Shown: positions 1 to 16,028 of the stretch, one piece after another | How the letters are laid out: the number at the start of each line of letters is the position of its first letter | Numbering within the stretch: position 1 is the first letter of the stretch | Assembly: GCF_009914755.1 (NCBI RefSeq) | Contig: NC_060926.1 | Length of the DNA: 64,000 bases | Source: the human T2T-CHM13v2.0 reference genome, Homo sapiens | Direction: 5' to 3' (one strand) | Made by a program: the position numbers and the translations under genes | The notes under the pieces: generated by a model | Database searches by the model: none | The model's input: only the letters and a program-made list of their open reading frames with translations | What the model was told of the DNA's origin: nothing

Positions 1-126
1 AATAGCTCTTATTATTTTGAGATATGTTCCATCATATCTAGTTTTTTGAGTGTTTTTAGCATGAAAGGGTGTTAATTTTATCGAAGGCCTTTTCTGCATC
101 TATTGAGATAATCATGTTTTTGTCAT
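1..126 (-). mobile_element. L1 ORF2 fragment (truncated by window edge)
   Basis: gaaggccttttctgcatctattgagataatcatg is antisense L1 ORF2 sequence. Confidence 0.85.
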
Positions 127-996
127 AACTGCTATTTCAAATGTTTGGAGGAAGTAAAATGTCTTTAAAAGAATAAGTGTTGATTTTTGGAAAATATGAA
201 ATTGGAAACTTAGAAAACTTGAATTCTAAGTGGCTATTTATATTACCAAGCGGTAAAACATTAGCTAACTAAAACATGGTTCTGAAGCCAGTTAACTAGC
301 AAAAAGTCCCACCTATGCATTGAAATATCTTTCTCAAGTCATTAGATAAAGTATATGGCGTTAAGGCAAAAAATACATATACACACACAAAAAAAATATT
401 TCAGCAGCCACTGCCAACTGAAAGTAATAAAATGAAACAATTTGTTGGCTTTAATGTATTTAGGAAAAATCATTTATTTACAAAACATCTTCCCTTTCTT
501 ATCATGAAAATTATGAAGATGAGGTAAAGTCTGTTCCATTTTTCCTCTATTTTTGAGAAATCTTAGATTTATCTTTACCAGTCTGTAACCCAGCTTTCTT
601 GTTTTATATTTTAAATATACTTTCTATTTTGTGACAGGAGTGAAAAAATGTTTAATGATTTTAAACATGTTTATATATATTTTTCAGACTTGGAACAGCA
701 GTATCTCATGTTTTACTATAAAAACTTGGGTATATTACTTGAAGATCAACTATATTGTTATTTTTAGTATGTTAGCAATTCATCTGTCAATAATCACCAA
801 AGAACTCAAGAATGAATAACATGATCTATCAAAAGGCCTATAATCTCAATCTTCATGTTAAGACTTTGGAAAGTTAATTTGTATTAATTAACTAATATAA
901 ATTAATCCTATCAAGTTAATTTGTAATAAATTCAAGATGCAAAAAGAAAACCTATTTCACTACCGAAATTAAATAAACTTTAAAATTCATTTTGTT

Positions 997-1298
997 GGCT
1001 GGGTGCAGTAGCTCACGCCCATAATCCCAGCACTTTGGGAGGCCAAGTGGAAGGATCACTTAAGGCCAGGAGTTCAAGACCAGCCTAGCCAACATAGTGA
1101 AACCCCATCTCTACTAAAAATACAAAAACTAGCTGGGCATGGAGGTGTGTGCCTGTAATCATCTACCCTGGAGGCTGAGACAGGAGAATTGCATGAACCC
1201 GGAGGCAAAGGTTGCAGTGAGCAGAGATCACACCACTGCCCTCCAGCCTGGGTGACGGAGTAAGACCCTGTCTAAAAAAAAACAAAACAACAAAAAAA
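997..1298 (+). mobile_element. Alu (AluS-like)
   Basis: Full dimer with A tail; TSD aaaat(t)cattttgtt on both sides. Confidence 0.95.
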
Positions 1299-1833
1299 AT
1301 CATTTTGTTGGTATTTTATATAAACTTAAGAAACCTCCCCACACAAACACACACAGCCATATTGTCATCTCTGAAGATAGCAGCCACATGTGTCTTATTC
1401 CCTGCAGTGTTGGCAGAACCTAGCACATTGTTGACCCGTAGAAGCACAGTGTGTATTTCAATTGACAAACAGCCAGAAGTATTATACTGCTGACTGTGTT
1501 TAAAACTAATTTGCCAGAGTTCTACTGTGATAAGAATTTCTGACTAGAAATTATAAATTCATTGTTTTATGCCTTAAAAATTATAAATAATGATAAGTTT
1601 AATTTGCAGCCCTTATAGCTTAGAGGCATTGTAGTTGATATTATAGTAACCTTTTTAGATGTTAGTAACTTTTATTGTAAAATTTAAGGTAGCTCTACCT
1701 GCTAAAGTAGCACCTATTCTTTTGAAAGGAACTTTCTCAAAGGATTTTTAGGGCTTCATAATTTCTTGTTGCTCTGTGTAAATCCCTCTGATAGGCTTCC
1801 CTGAAGGATTTTAAGCAGAAATAACATCAGGTA

Positions 1834-1847
1834 CCAGTAGATGGCAG
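1834..1847 (+). promoter_or_regulatory. Candidate CTCF site CCAGTAGATGGCAG
   Basis: Exact match to the core consensus CCASYAGRKGGCRS. Confidence 0.55.
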
Positions 1848-3727
1848 TGAAAAATAAGCAGACACATTTTTCTGATAAAATGCCATTTCTACCTCAGTAC
1901 TTGATAAGAATCACACAGTCTAGTTGGCCTTTGTGTTTTCACTAAAAATATCCTGAATTATCAGTCAGTTATGTTTGACTATGAGAAATTGCAGAAAAGT
2001 TAAAAGTATTTCGCATCCAAAAGTTTGTAATCTAGTGTAATAAATAGGACAGATACTCAAAGTGTATGAATGGTATGACAATAAATTTAGAAAATCATAC
2101 AGGCACACACACTGCTATAGACATGTAAAGATACATACATGTATTGGAGCTCAGCAGATTCCCATTCATGAAGAATGGTGCCTGTGTAACAGTATAAATG
2201 GATCACTTCTAATAAATAAAACATAAAATTGGACTAATAGCTTAATTTTTTTTTTTAATTCAAAAATCTCAGGGTTTTCTGGGGCTTTTAGTACTCCTTT
2301 GTGAAATAAGACACATAGTCTTCAGGTAAAAAGAAAGAGCTCTTGGTCACAGAAATGGGTGTACTGAATTCTCGCCCTGTAGTCAAGTACTTACTATGAG
2401 TTTGGAAAAATTGCTTACTTCATATCTGTATCCTAATTATCCTAATTAACTCATTTGTTAAGTGGAAAAAATATTTCAGTAGGTAGTCATATAAATAAGA
2501 TGAGGTAATGTGTTTAGAAAAACAAATCAATGTGCAGGCAAGAATCGGGAATGTGGGAAATTTTGTAGGACAAATGGTATGATTTCTTTAATGAAAAAGA
2601 CAGAGAAAGGTATCGTATAGCTTAAAAGGAAAAAGAAAAAGAGGCTTTTCAGTCATGAGCCAAATGCAGTATGTGGGCTATATTTGCATCTTGATTTGAA
2701 CAGACTATTGTATACATTTATATATACATAGATCTATAGAGACAGTAGGATATATTTCATATATATATGAAACAGTTGGGGAAATCAGAATATTTGAATT
2801 TGATATTAACTAAGAATTGTTTGCAGGGGATGTTGTTGCATATTCTAATGACTTTTTTTAATAATGAAAATGTTTGGCATTTGCTTTAAAATAATCCAGT
2901 AACCAGGATCTGAGAGAAACCAAAAAAAAGTGGGGAGATAATAATCCAGGGACTTTGGGTAGTTGTTAAATGGATGGCTGTATCATAAGTATTGAAGCTG
3001 ATAAGGGATAGATATGGGTTGATTATATATTTGTTTTGCTGGAAAATGTTCCATGATACAGTTTTAATAACAGTTTTAATTTCAGAAACGCAAAATATTG
3101 TTTTTACAACTAAGATAACATTGAAATTTATACAGAACCCCAAATGACAAGTGTATAATCAACTGCCAGGAAATCAGTTTACCTGTTAGAGGTAGAAAAG
3201 TTACAGGATAAAAATGGAATTGGTTGGCACTAAGTAGGACCACTTTCGAAGAGAATGGGTAGAATTCATTTTCTTTTCATTACTTCCTTTCAGCGTGGAG
3301 CCTGAGCATCATTTCACCATTTTGAGCCTCAAGCTCTCAATATACTGGAAAATTGTAATCCTGTTCCCTTCACTGAGGTCATAATACTGAATTCTGAAAT
3401 GGAAATAATTGACTAGAGATTGTCTAGTCAAACTAGACTGATGAGGTCTCACCATTTTCTTCAAGGAAGATCAACTGAACCTGCCTGAAGGCACAGGGTA
3501 CACCATCTTCCTAAGGTGTGACCTCCTGTTCCCAAAGGAATAGACCTAGGTGACCAACCAGCAGCACCTAGCTTTTGCCAGCTACGCAGCTTTGAATAGC
3601 CTTCCACCCTTGTGTCCTTCAAACCCCATTCTTGCCAAAGCCAAGTTCTCTCCCTCTCTCTCAACAGATTTCTCAGCACACATCAGATTTCACACCGATC
3701 TATGAAAAACTATTTTTAGAGATTATT

Positions 3728-4088
3728 ACTATGGTCCGAATGTTTATATCCCCTCCTGCTCTCCCTAAAATTATGTTGAAATCCTAACCCCCAAGGTAAT
3801 GGTATTAGGAATGTGAGGCCTTTGGGAAGGGTTTAAGTCATGAGGGCAGAGACCTCCTTTTTGAGATTGGTACACTTATAAAAGAGACCCCAGTATCTTG
3901 CTCGTCCCTTCTGCCATGGGAGAACACGGTGAGAGCGAGCCATCTGTAAACCAACAAACAAGGCCCTCACCAGGCACTCAATCTGCCAGCACTTTGATAG
4001 TGGACTTCCCAGCCTCCAGAACTATGAGAAATAAATGTGTTGTTTTAAGCCAGCCAGTTCATTTTGTTATAGCAGCCTGGACAGACAA
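3728..4088 (+). mobile_element. MaLR solo LTR (MLT1A-like)
   Basis: Hallmark motifs atgttgaaatcctaacccccaaggtaatggtattagg, gacttcccagcctccagaactatgagaaataaa and ttgttatagcagcc. Confidence 0.85.
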
Positions 4089-4588
4089 TATATTGAAAAA
4101 AATCAGTTTTGCAGTTCCACTGGTCAGGTGAATGCCAGAGGAGCTGGTCCACAGTCATAGGCGTTAAACTTCTTTTGGAAACTATACTGGCTTGACAGTC
4201 TCCCCATACTGATTCAGACTCCAGCAAGGTGCACATCACCCGCTAGTCATTGTGGCTTCTGCTGCTTTAAGGTTCTGGAATTATGGAAGAAAATAGGGTG
4301 GGCCTACTGTCTCTTCCTACTGTTTACCTGGTGTTTTGATTCTGAATAGTTTATAAGCTCTGCTATTCAAGAAGTTTATACAAACCCGTAATGTACTACC
4401 AAACCGTTCATTCATTATGACAAAACTGCCTACCAAAGCCACAGACTTTAAGTCTTTGCAGGATTACCACTGAAAGTTCACATGCTTGGTTAGCAGTCTT
4501 AACCTCTAATCAACTGAACAAATCGAAGACATTTAATTTAGTCAAAATAGGTATGGGAATGAAAGTGAGACTTAGAGGCAAAGAATGA

Positions 4589-4913
<325 letters not shown>

Positions 4914-5023
4914 CTAAATTGAAGTAATGCTCACATAGAAAAATTAAGGCATATTATTTTACTGTACTCTCAGAAAGATGTTTAACAAATACTTGAAGAG
5001 CCACTATTTAAGATAAATGAGAG

Positions 5024-5437
5024 TCCTTTCCAATTTGAGCCTCGCAGAGTGGTTCCTACAGAGAAGGGTGGCAAGAAGGGCTGTTCTGCCATCAATGAGG
5101 TGGTGACCCGAGAATATGCCATCAGCGTCCACAAGCCCATCCATGGAGTGGGATTCAAGAAGCATACCCCTCAGAGCACTCAAAGAGATCCGGAAGTGTG
5201 CCACAAAGGAAATGCGCGTTGATACCAGCCTCTACAAAGCTGTCGGGGCCAGGCGAATAAAGGATGTCCCATGTCTTATCCATAAGCAGTAGTCCAGAAA
5301 ACATAGCGAGGATGAAAATTCACCAAACGAGCTCTTATACTTTGGTTACCTATGTACCTGTTACCACTTGCAGAAATCAACAGACAAGGTGGATGAGAAC
5401 TGTAAATCATCAAATAAGTTATAAAACCACCAAAAAA
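5024..5437 (+). pseudogene. Processed RPL31 (60S ribosomal protein L31) pseudogene
   Basis: Intronless match to RPL31 mRNA, including the pyrimidine 5' UTR (tcctttccaa). The start codon has decayed to GTG (5049-5051). Recognisable segments ...[11 protein letters not shown]...IHGVGFKK...ALKEIRK...YTLVTYVPVTT, with frameshifts, a deletion and a premature TAG. Ends in a remnant polyA signal and A tail. Confidence 0.92.
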
Positions 5438-5854
5438 TAGGAGAAAATGGGAGTAAAAACAAAATGTATAAAAAGTATTAAAATTTGAAAAATATCTTGG
5501 AAATAAGGATGGACAGTTTAAGTACTTATCTCAAAAGGAAAAATGTTAGCAATTGGTTGTAGCAATACGTCCGTCTGTAAGTGATGGTCATATTTGTGTT
5601 CTTTTGTCCCAGAGAACAAAAGGAAGTGAGCTTATCCCACAGCACAAGTAACGTCTATTTATCTCAGAGGAAATCCAGGGAAGTTCCTACTTGGGAAAAC
5701 GGAAAGGTAGACTATTCAGAAGTTTTCTAAAATGGACTTCAAGCTCTATGACTTTATGATCACTTAGTATGTCTACGGATTTTTTGGGGAAGAGAGATTT
5801 CACGTTAAAGGTCATTTTGTGTCTTCTTTAAAACTCTTGATTCCTTTTAGAGTT

Positions 5855-6855
<1,001 letters not shown>

Positions 6856-7345
6856 TAGAGTCTTTAAATTATTACTTTTTCCATATCAAAGTACTTTGTG
6901 GGAAGTTGGTTATTTTACATTCTCATACCATGCTTTGTATTACTTTCCCATTTGGATGCCCTTTTCATCCTTCACCTCATCCTGTAAACCCAAAATCTAA
7001 CTTAAATCCCAAATCCAACTTCCACTGTAAAGCCTTTGCTGACTTCTTTACTTCACATTGATTTCTGAATTTCTAAAAGTTCCTCATTGTCTACCACAAA
7101 ACTAAGTATTTGTTTATAAGAAAAAGCTTTATTTAGTCCTATATTATTCTCTGATTATTCCATATGTTATCTTCCAAACTAGATTGTTAGGTCTTCAAGA
7201 GCAGAAGAAATTTATTTTATACTTATAAACTTCAAGATTTGCTGAAGTACTTTGGGTGCTAAATGCTTCTAGCTTATTCGTTTAGTTTACATGACTTTCT
7301 GCATGTGAAACTTGAGAAAACTGCAAATCTAATACCTTGGTCTTA

Positions 7346-7756
<411 letters not shown>

Positions 7757-9735
7757 TTACAATAGTAATAATTATGCCTTCTAACACTAAAATCAAATAA
7801 CCTTACTTATCAGTTACATTGCCTACTAAGCTGACTTATTTTCTGACTTTTCCTTTGCTTTATTCTCTTATTTCTTCCAAGTAACCATATTCTCTTTTAC
7901 CCTCCTGTTCAACTGTCTATGCTCCTTCTCTCTTTGTTCACTATTTTGATATTTAAATGTTATGACTTATTTTCAAGTAAATATTTTTTTAATTTCTTCA
8001 TTTGGGATAAAATATTCACTACATAAATTTAGTGGATAAATACCCCCACAGAGATCGACCCTGCATGAAATGTGTTCCCTCAGAAGTAGGGCAATTCATT
8101 CATTATGAGATCAAGCCATAAAATTTAAATCCAAGCAGTAATTCTCCAATTAAAGTAACTCTAGAGCTTAGTTTTCAGTCCTCCTGAATCATAACTAGTT
8201 GGCAACAAAAACTAGTATGCCTTGGTGTGAATAAACCTTAACATAGAAACTCACCCAGCCTCAAAAGTTAAAAATTAAGAGAGATATGTATTCAGGTGGC
8301 CATTTATACACAATATTTTTGAATACTATTCTGGCCAAATTAGTATAAAATGGGTTACTCTAAAATGAAATTTTAAAAGTATATAAACATCTTAAACTTT
8401 AAAACTTCAGCCCAGCTAGAAGTCAACGTGTGTTTCTGAAACTATGCTGGGGAAAGTAGCTCTGTCCATAATGATTATATAGTTGTTAGCAAAATATTGG
8501 TCAAAACTTTTTCAGTTTAATGAGTTTCAAGATATTCTTCAAACTGGCCTCTGTGAACTCTTTCTTGACAAGTGAAACCTGGCTCCAACAATGACTACTT
8601 TATTCTACCTCTCATTTATTTTCTGTTTAATAAATCCAGTATTTGGGCATACAAACTGTATACAACATTTTATAACACTCTAATGTGGATAAGACACCTC
8701 AAAAACAGGAGTTTAGTCATTTCAGTCACATGTTTCTAATATATGATAAGATTTGCAGTTATCGTTTAATTAATTGCAATATGGAAATAGATACTAAAAA
8801 ATCTAAATTGCATCTTACATTTCAACAATGGATGTTTAAAGCGTTTAAAAGTTATGTTTTGCATTTTACAACATATTGAAGATACACATTTTAAATTTAA
8901 CTCTAAACAATGCAATAATCTAGAGAATCAGAGAATTGGATCCTGAAACACCTTATAAGTTCAGTCCTGTTGATTAGTATGTTTCCCTGTCCTAGAGTGC
9001 ATGAACTTTCAAAGCCAGGACACAATCTTGTTCACTTTTCATGCCATCATCTTGACACTCAATACATGTTCAAAGAGTAAATTAAAGAAAAAAGAGATGC
9101 TCAAGTCAATTTATAAGTAATCCTCACAAATGCTTGCATACCATCAGTGAACAATTATTTTTTTATCTCCATGCTATAATCTTGCACAAGTTTCATTAGA
9201 ATTAAATGCACTATCTGAAGTCTATGTTTATTAAATGAGGATTACAGTAGTTGGTTATCTTTGTGAGGGGTTTTGAGGGTTGTGGAACAGGATAACATTT
9301 TGAGGTACAAAAAATAATGAAGAGGATATATTCCAATTTCTTTCCTTCCCCAAGGCTTTTCATTACAGCTGTTATAAACCCTGGTAGAATTGATTGGTTT
9401 CCTTTTCAGCTTCCTGTTTTGTCCCTCAATGTTCACAAAAGTCCCATCTGATAAATGTATTGTTTAACCTCTCATTGTTTGAAAGAACACCTCTTTGCTC
9501 CTCACAGATTATAGACCTATTGGCTTAAGCAGTCCATCTAAATGCATGCCAGTTTCTTTCTTGATAAATTAGAGGCCTATAACCTCAAACCAGTTTATCT
9601 GCAAGAGAAGTGTGTGAAGTTAGACTCAATTCTTCCGCTAATGGAACATCGTAATCCTCCTTGTCATCTTTCCTTTGGCCTTCCTGAATAGAAATCATTT
9701 ATGAGGAAGTTACATGAGCTCAACATGAGCCCCAT

Positions 9736-10290
9736 GTCACTCAGCAAACATTTATTTGAGTACTTACAATGTGCTAGGCTTTGTTCTATGCATTTAAGAT
9801 AGTGTATTAAATGTATTGACCTCATGAAGATTCTATTCTCGCAGTGGGGAGATAGACAATAAACAATTAATATAAGCAAATGTTAAGTATGTTAGAAGTA
9901 TGTTAGAAGATGTGCTGTGAAATAAAGAAAAAGGTAGACCAGGGTATGAGGGATTAGGAGTGTGGGGGCAGCAGCAGGAGAGTTTCGGTATTAAATAGGG
10001 TGGACAGGGCAGGTCTCTTGGAGAAGATGCCATTGAAGGAGGTGGAAAAAATGTAGCCACTAAATGGGCTGAGGGTAGAGCATATGAACAGAGAGAAAGG
10101 CCAGAGGACAGGCTCCAAGGCATGCTTGGCAGGTTCAAGGAACAGCAGGGAGGCTCATGTGGCTGGAATGGAGTGAGCTAGCAGGAGAGAAGATGAAGTT
10201 AGAGGGAGAGAGAAAGTGGGGAGCCAGATCATAGAGGGCTTTGCAGGTCACTTGTAAGGACTTTAGCTTTCTAACTTTTGTAAGGACTTC
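9736..10290 (-). mobile_element. L2 fragment
   Basis: Antisense L2 3' end (cactcagcaaacatttatttgagtacttacaatgtgctaggc) and body (tggctggaatggagtgagc...gtaaggacttt). Confidence 0.75.
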
Positions 10291-10349
10291 AACTTCTACT
10301 CACAGTGAAATTGTGAAATTCCAGAACCAAAAAGAAGATCCTGGTAAAA

Positions 10350-10740
10350 GAGAAACTTTCAGCAAAATATATTTAACATTTTATTTGAGTGAAGAACAAT
10401 TCATCCATCAGGCAGCACTGAGAACCAGAAGACATTCAGAGAGCTCTGCTTTGCGAGGTATGCAGTGAACATTCATAGACAGAAAACAAAAATTAAGTAC
10501 AGAAATAGCTTGATTGGTTACAGATAGGCATTTGCCTTATTTGGACATGGTCTGCTCCAAATAAGGCAAGTTGGCAGCATGCGATTGGCTGTGACCTATC
10601 TGTTACAAAAATATATCTATATAATCCTAAATTAGGTTTCAGTTTATTTAAGTACTAAATTAGGTTGCAATTTATTACATGGGAACTCAAAGTCTGGAGA
10701 CAGCCTCAGGCCAAGGTCCTCTTGCTTATTTAATTTAGCA
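10350..10740 (-). mobile_element. ERV1-class solo LTR (MER57/MER93-like; family uncertain)
   Basis: Reverse complement starts TGCTAAATTAAATAAGCAAGAGG...GAGGCTGTCTCC; it contains CCAAT boxes and an AATAAA near its 3' end. Confidence 0.6.
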
Positions 10741-10769
10741 ATCCTAAAATTTTCCAGAGAGGAAACACA

Positions 10770-10770
<1 letters not shown>

Positions 10771-10830
<60 letters not shown>
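10771..10830. repeat. (CA)30 perfect microsatellite
   Basis: 60 bp of uninterrupted CA. Confidence 0.99.
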
Positions 10831-10833
<3 letters not shown>

Positions 10834-11546
10834 CCTACAAAAAAATAACAATTAGAAAGTAATTGGAGCTTGAAGTATTCTAGAAGACTTTGGAGCAAAG
10901 CCTTCCAAATTCTGAGAGGAAAATATTTTTAACCTAGGATTCTATTCATACCTACCCAGACTAACAAGTAGCAGGCAGATGATAAATATATTTTTAGGTG
11001 GTTAGGTGATGAAACACCTCCTCCAAATGAAGGCATAAACAACAATGCATGGGGATCCAAGAAACAGTGACTCCAACCCAAGAGAGCAGTGAACAAATCC
11101 ACAGGACAGCAGCTAAGTAGGAGGCCTAAACATCACCTGGGGCAGATGGGGCGAGAGAGCAGAGAGCTTGGGAAAGAAGTCTCTGAGGAGAAAGAATGAG
11201 GCAATAAGTCAGATGCGTATTTGCGGACCTCAGAAAAATTTGAGTACATAGGAAACAATAGATGAAGGATAGAAATAATCCATTCAGATTCTCTCCTTTG
11301 CATGATGACCACATTAAACTTACAGAGTAAGAAATGTCATTCTAGATTTGATTCTACTGTTTGTCTTTGCAGTGAGCTATGTTTTTTTATAACATGTAGA
11401 AGTGAAATAAACTTGTCACAAAAATGCAAATTGTGTCACCAATTTTCAGCTTAACAACATAAAAATAATTATATACACTGACCCAGGTTAAGGACGGGTA
11501 GAAGTACGAATGTCCTTATCTTCCAGAGTGAAGTGAGGCTGTAGTC

Positions 11547-11821
11547 AGGCATTGCAAACTCACATAGTTAAGGGTGTTTTGTAGGTAAAGTACATGACGG
11601 TAGTTAGTGCATGCACTATTTTAAAAAGGCAGTAGTTTCTCTGCTCCAAAAGAGTATTGTCATGAAGAAAGAGACCCAGATGTTCCAGTTTACCCAGAAT
11701 TTACCCCAATCCGGGTTTTTATGTAAAATATTTCAAATGTTCACAACTACTTAAAACATTTAAATATATGAGGGTCAAACAATACCATATCCAGCCTGGG
11801 GTTTCCAGTTTGTGACATTGC
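11547..11821. mobile_element. Old hAT-Charlie element (MER102-like)
   Basis: Degenerate terminal inverted repeats caggcattgcaaactc ... cagtttgtgacattg. Confidence 0.45.
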
Positions 11822-13149
11822 TACAGCAGATGGATAAGAAAATGAAGTAAGGTGTTTGAATGTATGAAATTAACCAGTATAGATGTTAAACTGGCAGCAG
11901 CAGCTCTAGAGTATGGAAGGGCCATCCGGTCAAAGTCAAGGTGAGGGGAATTTTTTTAAAGCTGTGTTGGCATTGCAAGGATATTATTTGCATTTATTGG
12001 GGAGGAGGGTAGGGGGAATTGGGGAGCTAAAATTCTTTCCCTCCAACACTTGGAGAGCAGTGATAAAACTATATTGGGAAGGAAGAGGTAAGGAAGAAGA
12101 GAAAAAGTGTAGTGTGCTAAATCCTCGCCTATCATAATAATAAATCAAATGCCAATATCTAAATTAATATATTCTTAAAGTACTATAAACATGTTAAATA
12201 CTAAAAAATGAAAAATTAGTAAAAATGCCTGTCTCAGGAAACAACAAAACTACTTCTGCATTTATCCCTTGCCTAGCAATCCTATTTTTAAGAACCTACA
12301 CGGAAGATATACCTCAACAATTTGAAAATACATATATACGAAACTCTTCATTGTGGCATTATTTGTAATTTAAAAATACTATAAACAACCTAAATGTTTA
12401 TAAATAGGAGATGAGTTTTATAAATTATAGTATATATACTCAATAGAATACTAGGTGTGAATTTTTTCATTTTTTAAGAGAGAGCTATATAAACTGATAT
12501 GGAGTGATTTCTAGGATGTGTTATTAACAATACAAACTTCAAAAGAATATCTAGTATGGCACCTCTTTTTGTAAAAAGAAACACATGAAGGATAAATGAG
12601 AAATTAACAAAATTGGAGACTACAAGGGTATGGTAGGATGGGGTAAAAGAATAAAGGAGAGAGCAACACTCATCCAAATACACCTTTTTGTACTATCGGA
12701 ATCACATTAATGTTCTACATACTCAAAAAATAAAGTCAACAAAAATGCGAAAAAAGCTCTGAAACTGAATGCAAACAAATAGAAATGAACTCAATTTTAT
12801 TTCAAATGAAACATAACTGAAGGGAAAAGGGAAACTCATCCATGGAACTATGAAAAATTAATTTGACTGTATGTGTGCAGTCTAGGGAAAATGCAAATAA
12901 ATCTTGAACTCTTTTTCGTAGTTTTTTTTTTTAATTATGATATGGGTGTAGCAGTTCCTAAATTCCCTGTATACCATGGAACTGAGCAAATGAGTTAATA
13001 TGTTGATGTTGTTGAGAGCTGGGATTCTCATTATGGGGGAAAAGAAGTTCAAATGCAGAAAGAATAAAGTCAAGAAAGTGGAGTTGGATTGAAATTGGAG
13101 GCGTAAGCCAACAGGGAAGGTAGGTGTGTGCATGGATGGATGGGTAGAC

Positions 13150-13349
13150 ATGGTGGTATGCTGGAGCTTAGTCCTATTGGCTCATTAGACACAATTATGC
13201 ATCTTTTCCCAAATCTGCATTTAGTGACCTCACATTAGTAGCTTGAAACCAGCCAGTACTTACACCATGGAAATTGGCAAATACTAGAAATTAGGTCTTC
13301 TGGCCCCTTCCCCCAGACCTAGTTGTTAAACTTTTCCAGCTCACCACTG
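13150..13349 (+). mobile_element. MER63-like hAT DNA transposon
   Basis: Terminal inverted repeats tggtatgctgg ... ccagctcaccactg; internal gtagcttgaaa...ttacaccatggaaattggcaaat. Confidence 0.7.
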
Positions 13350-14263
13350 GATAGATACGTTTTGTAGCTCTATCTGCTTAAAAGGTCTAAAAGCAATTAC
13401 ACCTCAGCAGAAAACCTCAGCATGTAATGTCCAGATCTTAGCTTCTAAATTTCATTCCTTGGTTGGAAAAATTACTGATTTCAGGACTGCCATAGAAAAG
13501 GTACAGGTGGGGCTACAACATCTTTTTATGACAGAAAGTAAGGATCCAGTCAAAAACTAAAATACCTATGTCATAAGGACACACAAGGCAGCTTGAAGGG
13601 ACATCCTCTGTCCAAATCTCAGACATCAATACAAGGTCAGTAATAAATTATAACCCATTGAATAAAATAGGAGTCCCTGAGGCCATACTGATGATAGAAT
13701 GAGAAAGGGAGGGGGGCATAAAAGGGGAGGGAAGGAAAGACAGAGAAGCCAACAAAGGCTCTTCCTTATAGCACCATGTAAACTGATAAATGAAGGAGTG
13801 CTGGAGTTATTTTTTTAAAAAAATCAACATTTTGTGATGATACTAACAAAAATTGGTTCAGAAAAAAAGTAATCCAAAAAAAAAGGATGCTAAATTGGGG
13901 AAATTCAATAAGGAGCGGAAGCATTTCTGTGGTCTCAAAGTGTCTCTCCACAGACTTTATTAGTTACAAGGGGGAAAAGAGTAACTATAGAGTAGAAGGA
14001 TGATTACACCTCAACCAGGTGATCGTATTACCAATGGGGAGCAAAGGGATAAAGTGTATCTCCAGATATAATGTCCTGAGAAGGAAATATTACTTTTATG
14101 GTATTCCAGCTGGGTGTGTATAACCTGAATCTAATAAAGAGGGAACATCAGAGAACCCTAAATTGAGAAACATTTTAAAATATCAATATCAAAAACATCT
14201 TTGAAAAGACACCACCAAAGAAAGTACAGACAATAAACACATAAAGTACGCTCAAGATAATTA

Positions 14264-14709
<446 letters not shown>

Positions 14710-14863
14710 CTATTGGAATACACAATTGTACAACCACTTTAGAAGTTTAACAGTGTAAGTTAAACATACACCTATCATATAATACAGGCATTTCCTTATA
14801 GGTATTTACCTAGAAGGTACATAAGTCTATACAAAGACTTGCTTGTAACTATTCATGGTTTCA

Positions 14864-15275
<412 letters not shown>

Positions 15276-15711
15276 TTTAAAAATGAAACACTGATACATG
15301 CAACAACATAGATGACTCAAAGTAGTTATGCTGAAAGAAAAAAGCTACATACCTTGTCATTTCATTTATATAAAATTCTAAAAACAGTGATGGAAGGCAC
15401 ATTAGTGGTTGCGTGGGAAATGAGAAAAGAGTGAGTGGCTGGAAGAAGTTACAAAAGAACACGAAGAAACATTTGGTGGTGAAGAATATGTTTCTTATCT
15501 TGATGATGCTGATTGTTTCACAGATGTATACACATTTAAAATGTATCACACTGTGTAATTATCTACTGTACAATTTATCATGTCATAATTTTATCTCAAT
15601 AAAGCTTTTTTTAAAAGTGAGAGTGTTTTAGTGTGTTAATATTGTGAAAGACAGAAAAAGTCTAAAAAATTACTCCAGAATAAAGGAGATTATGATGAGT
15701 AACAAATGCAG

Positions 15712-16028
15712 CTCCAGGACCCACCTCCCGCCCCCAACAGATACCAAAATTTGCAGATGTTCAAGCCCCTGATATAAAATGGCATTGCATGTGTATATAA
15801 ATCTCTGCATATCTTCCAGTATACTTTAAATCATCTCTAGAGTACTGATACCACCTAATATAATGTAAATGCTATGTAAATAGTCATTGTACTGTATTTT
15901 TTAGGGAATGATGACAAGGAAAAAAATGCACATATTCAGTATGGACACAATTATTTCTTTTCTGAATATTCTGGATCTGTATTGGTTGAATCCTTGAATT
16001 TGGAAACTGGATACAGGGGGCTGACTGT
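15712..16028 (+). mobile_element. MER2 (TcMar-Tigger)
   Basis: ccaggaccc...ataccaaaat...gatgttcaagcccctgatataaaatggc...ctttaaatcatctctaga...ggggctgactgt. Confidence 0.8.

Noticed and set aside
5004-5204. 66-aa minus-strand ORF
   Set aside because: Antisense reading of the RPL31 pseudogene.
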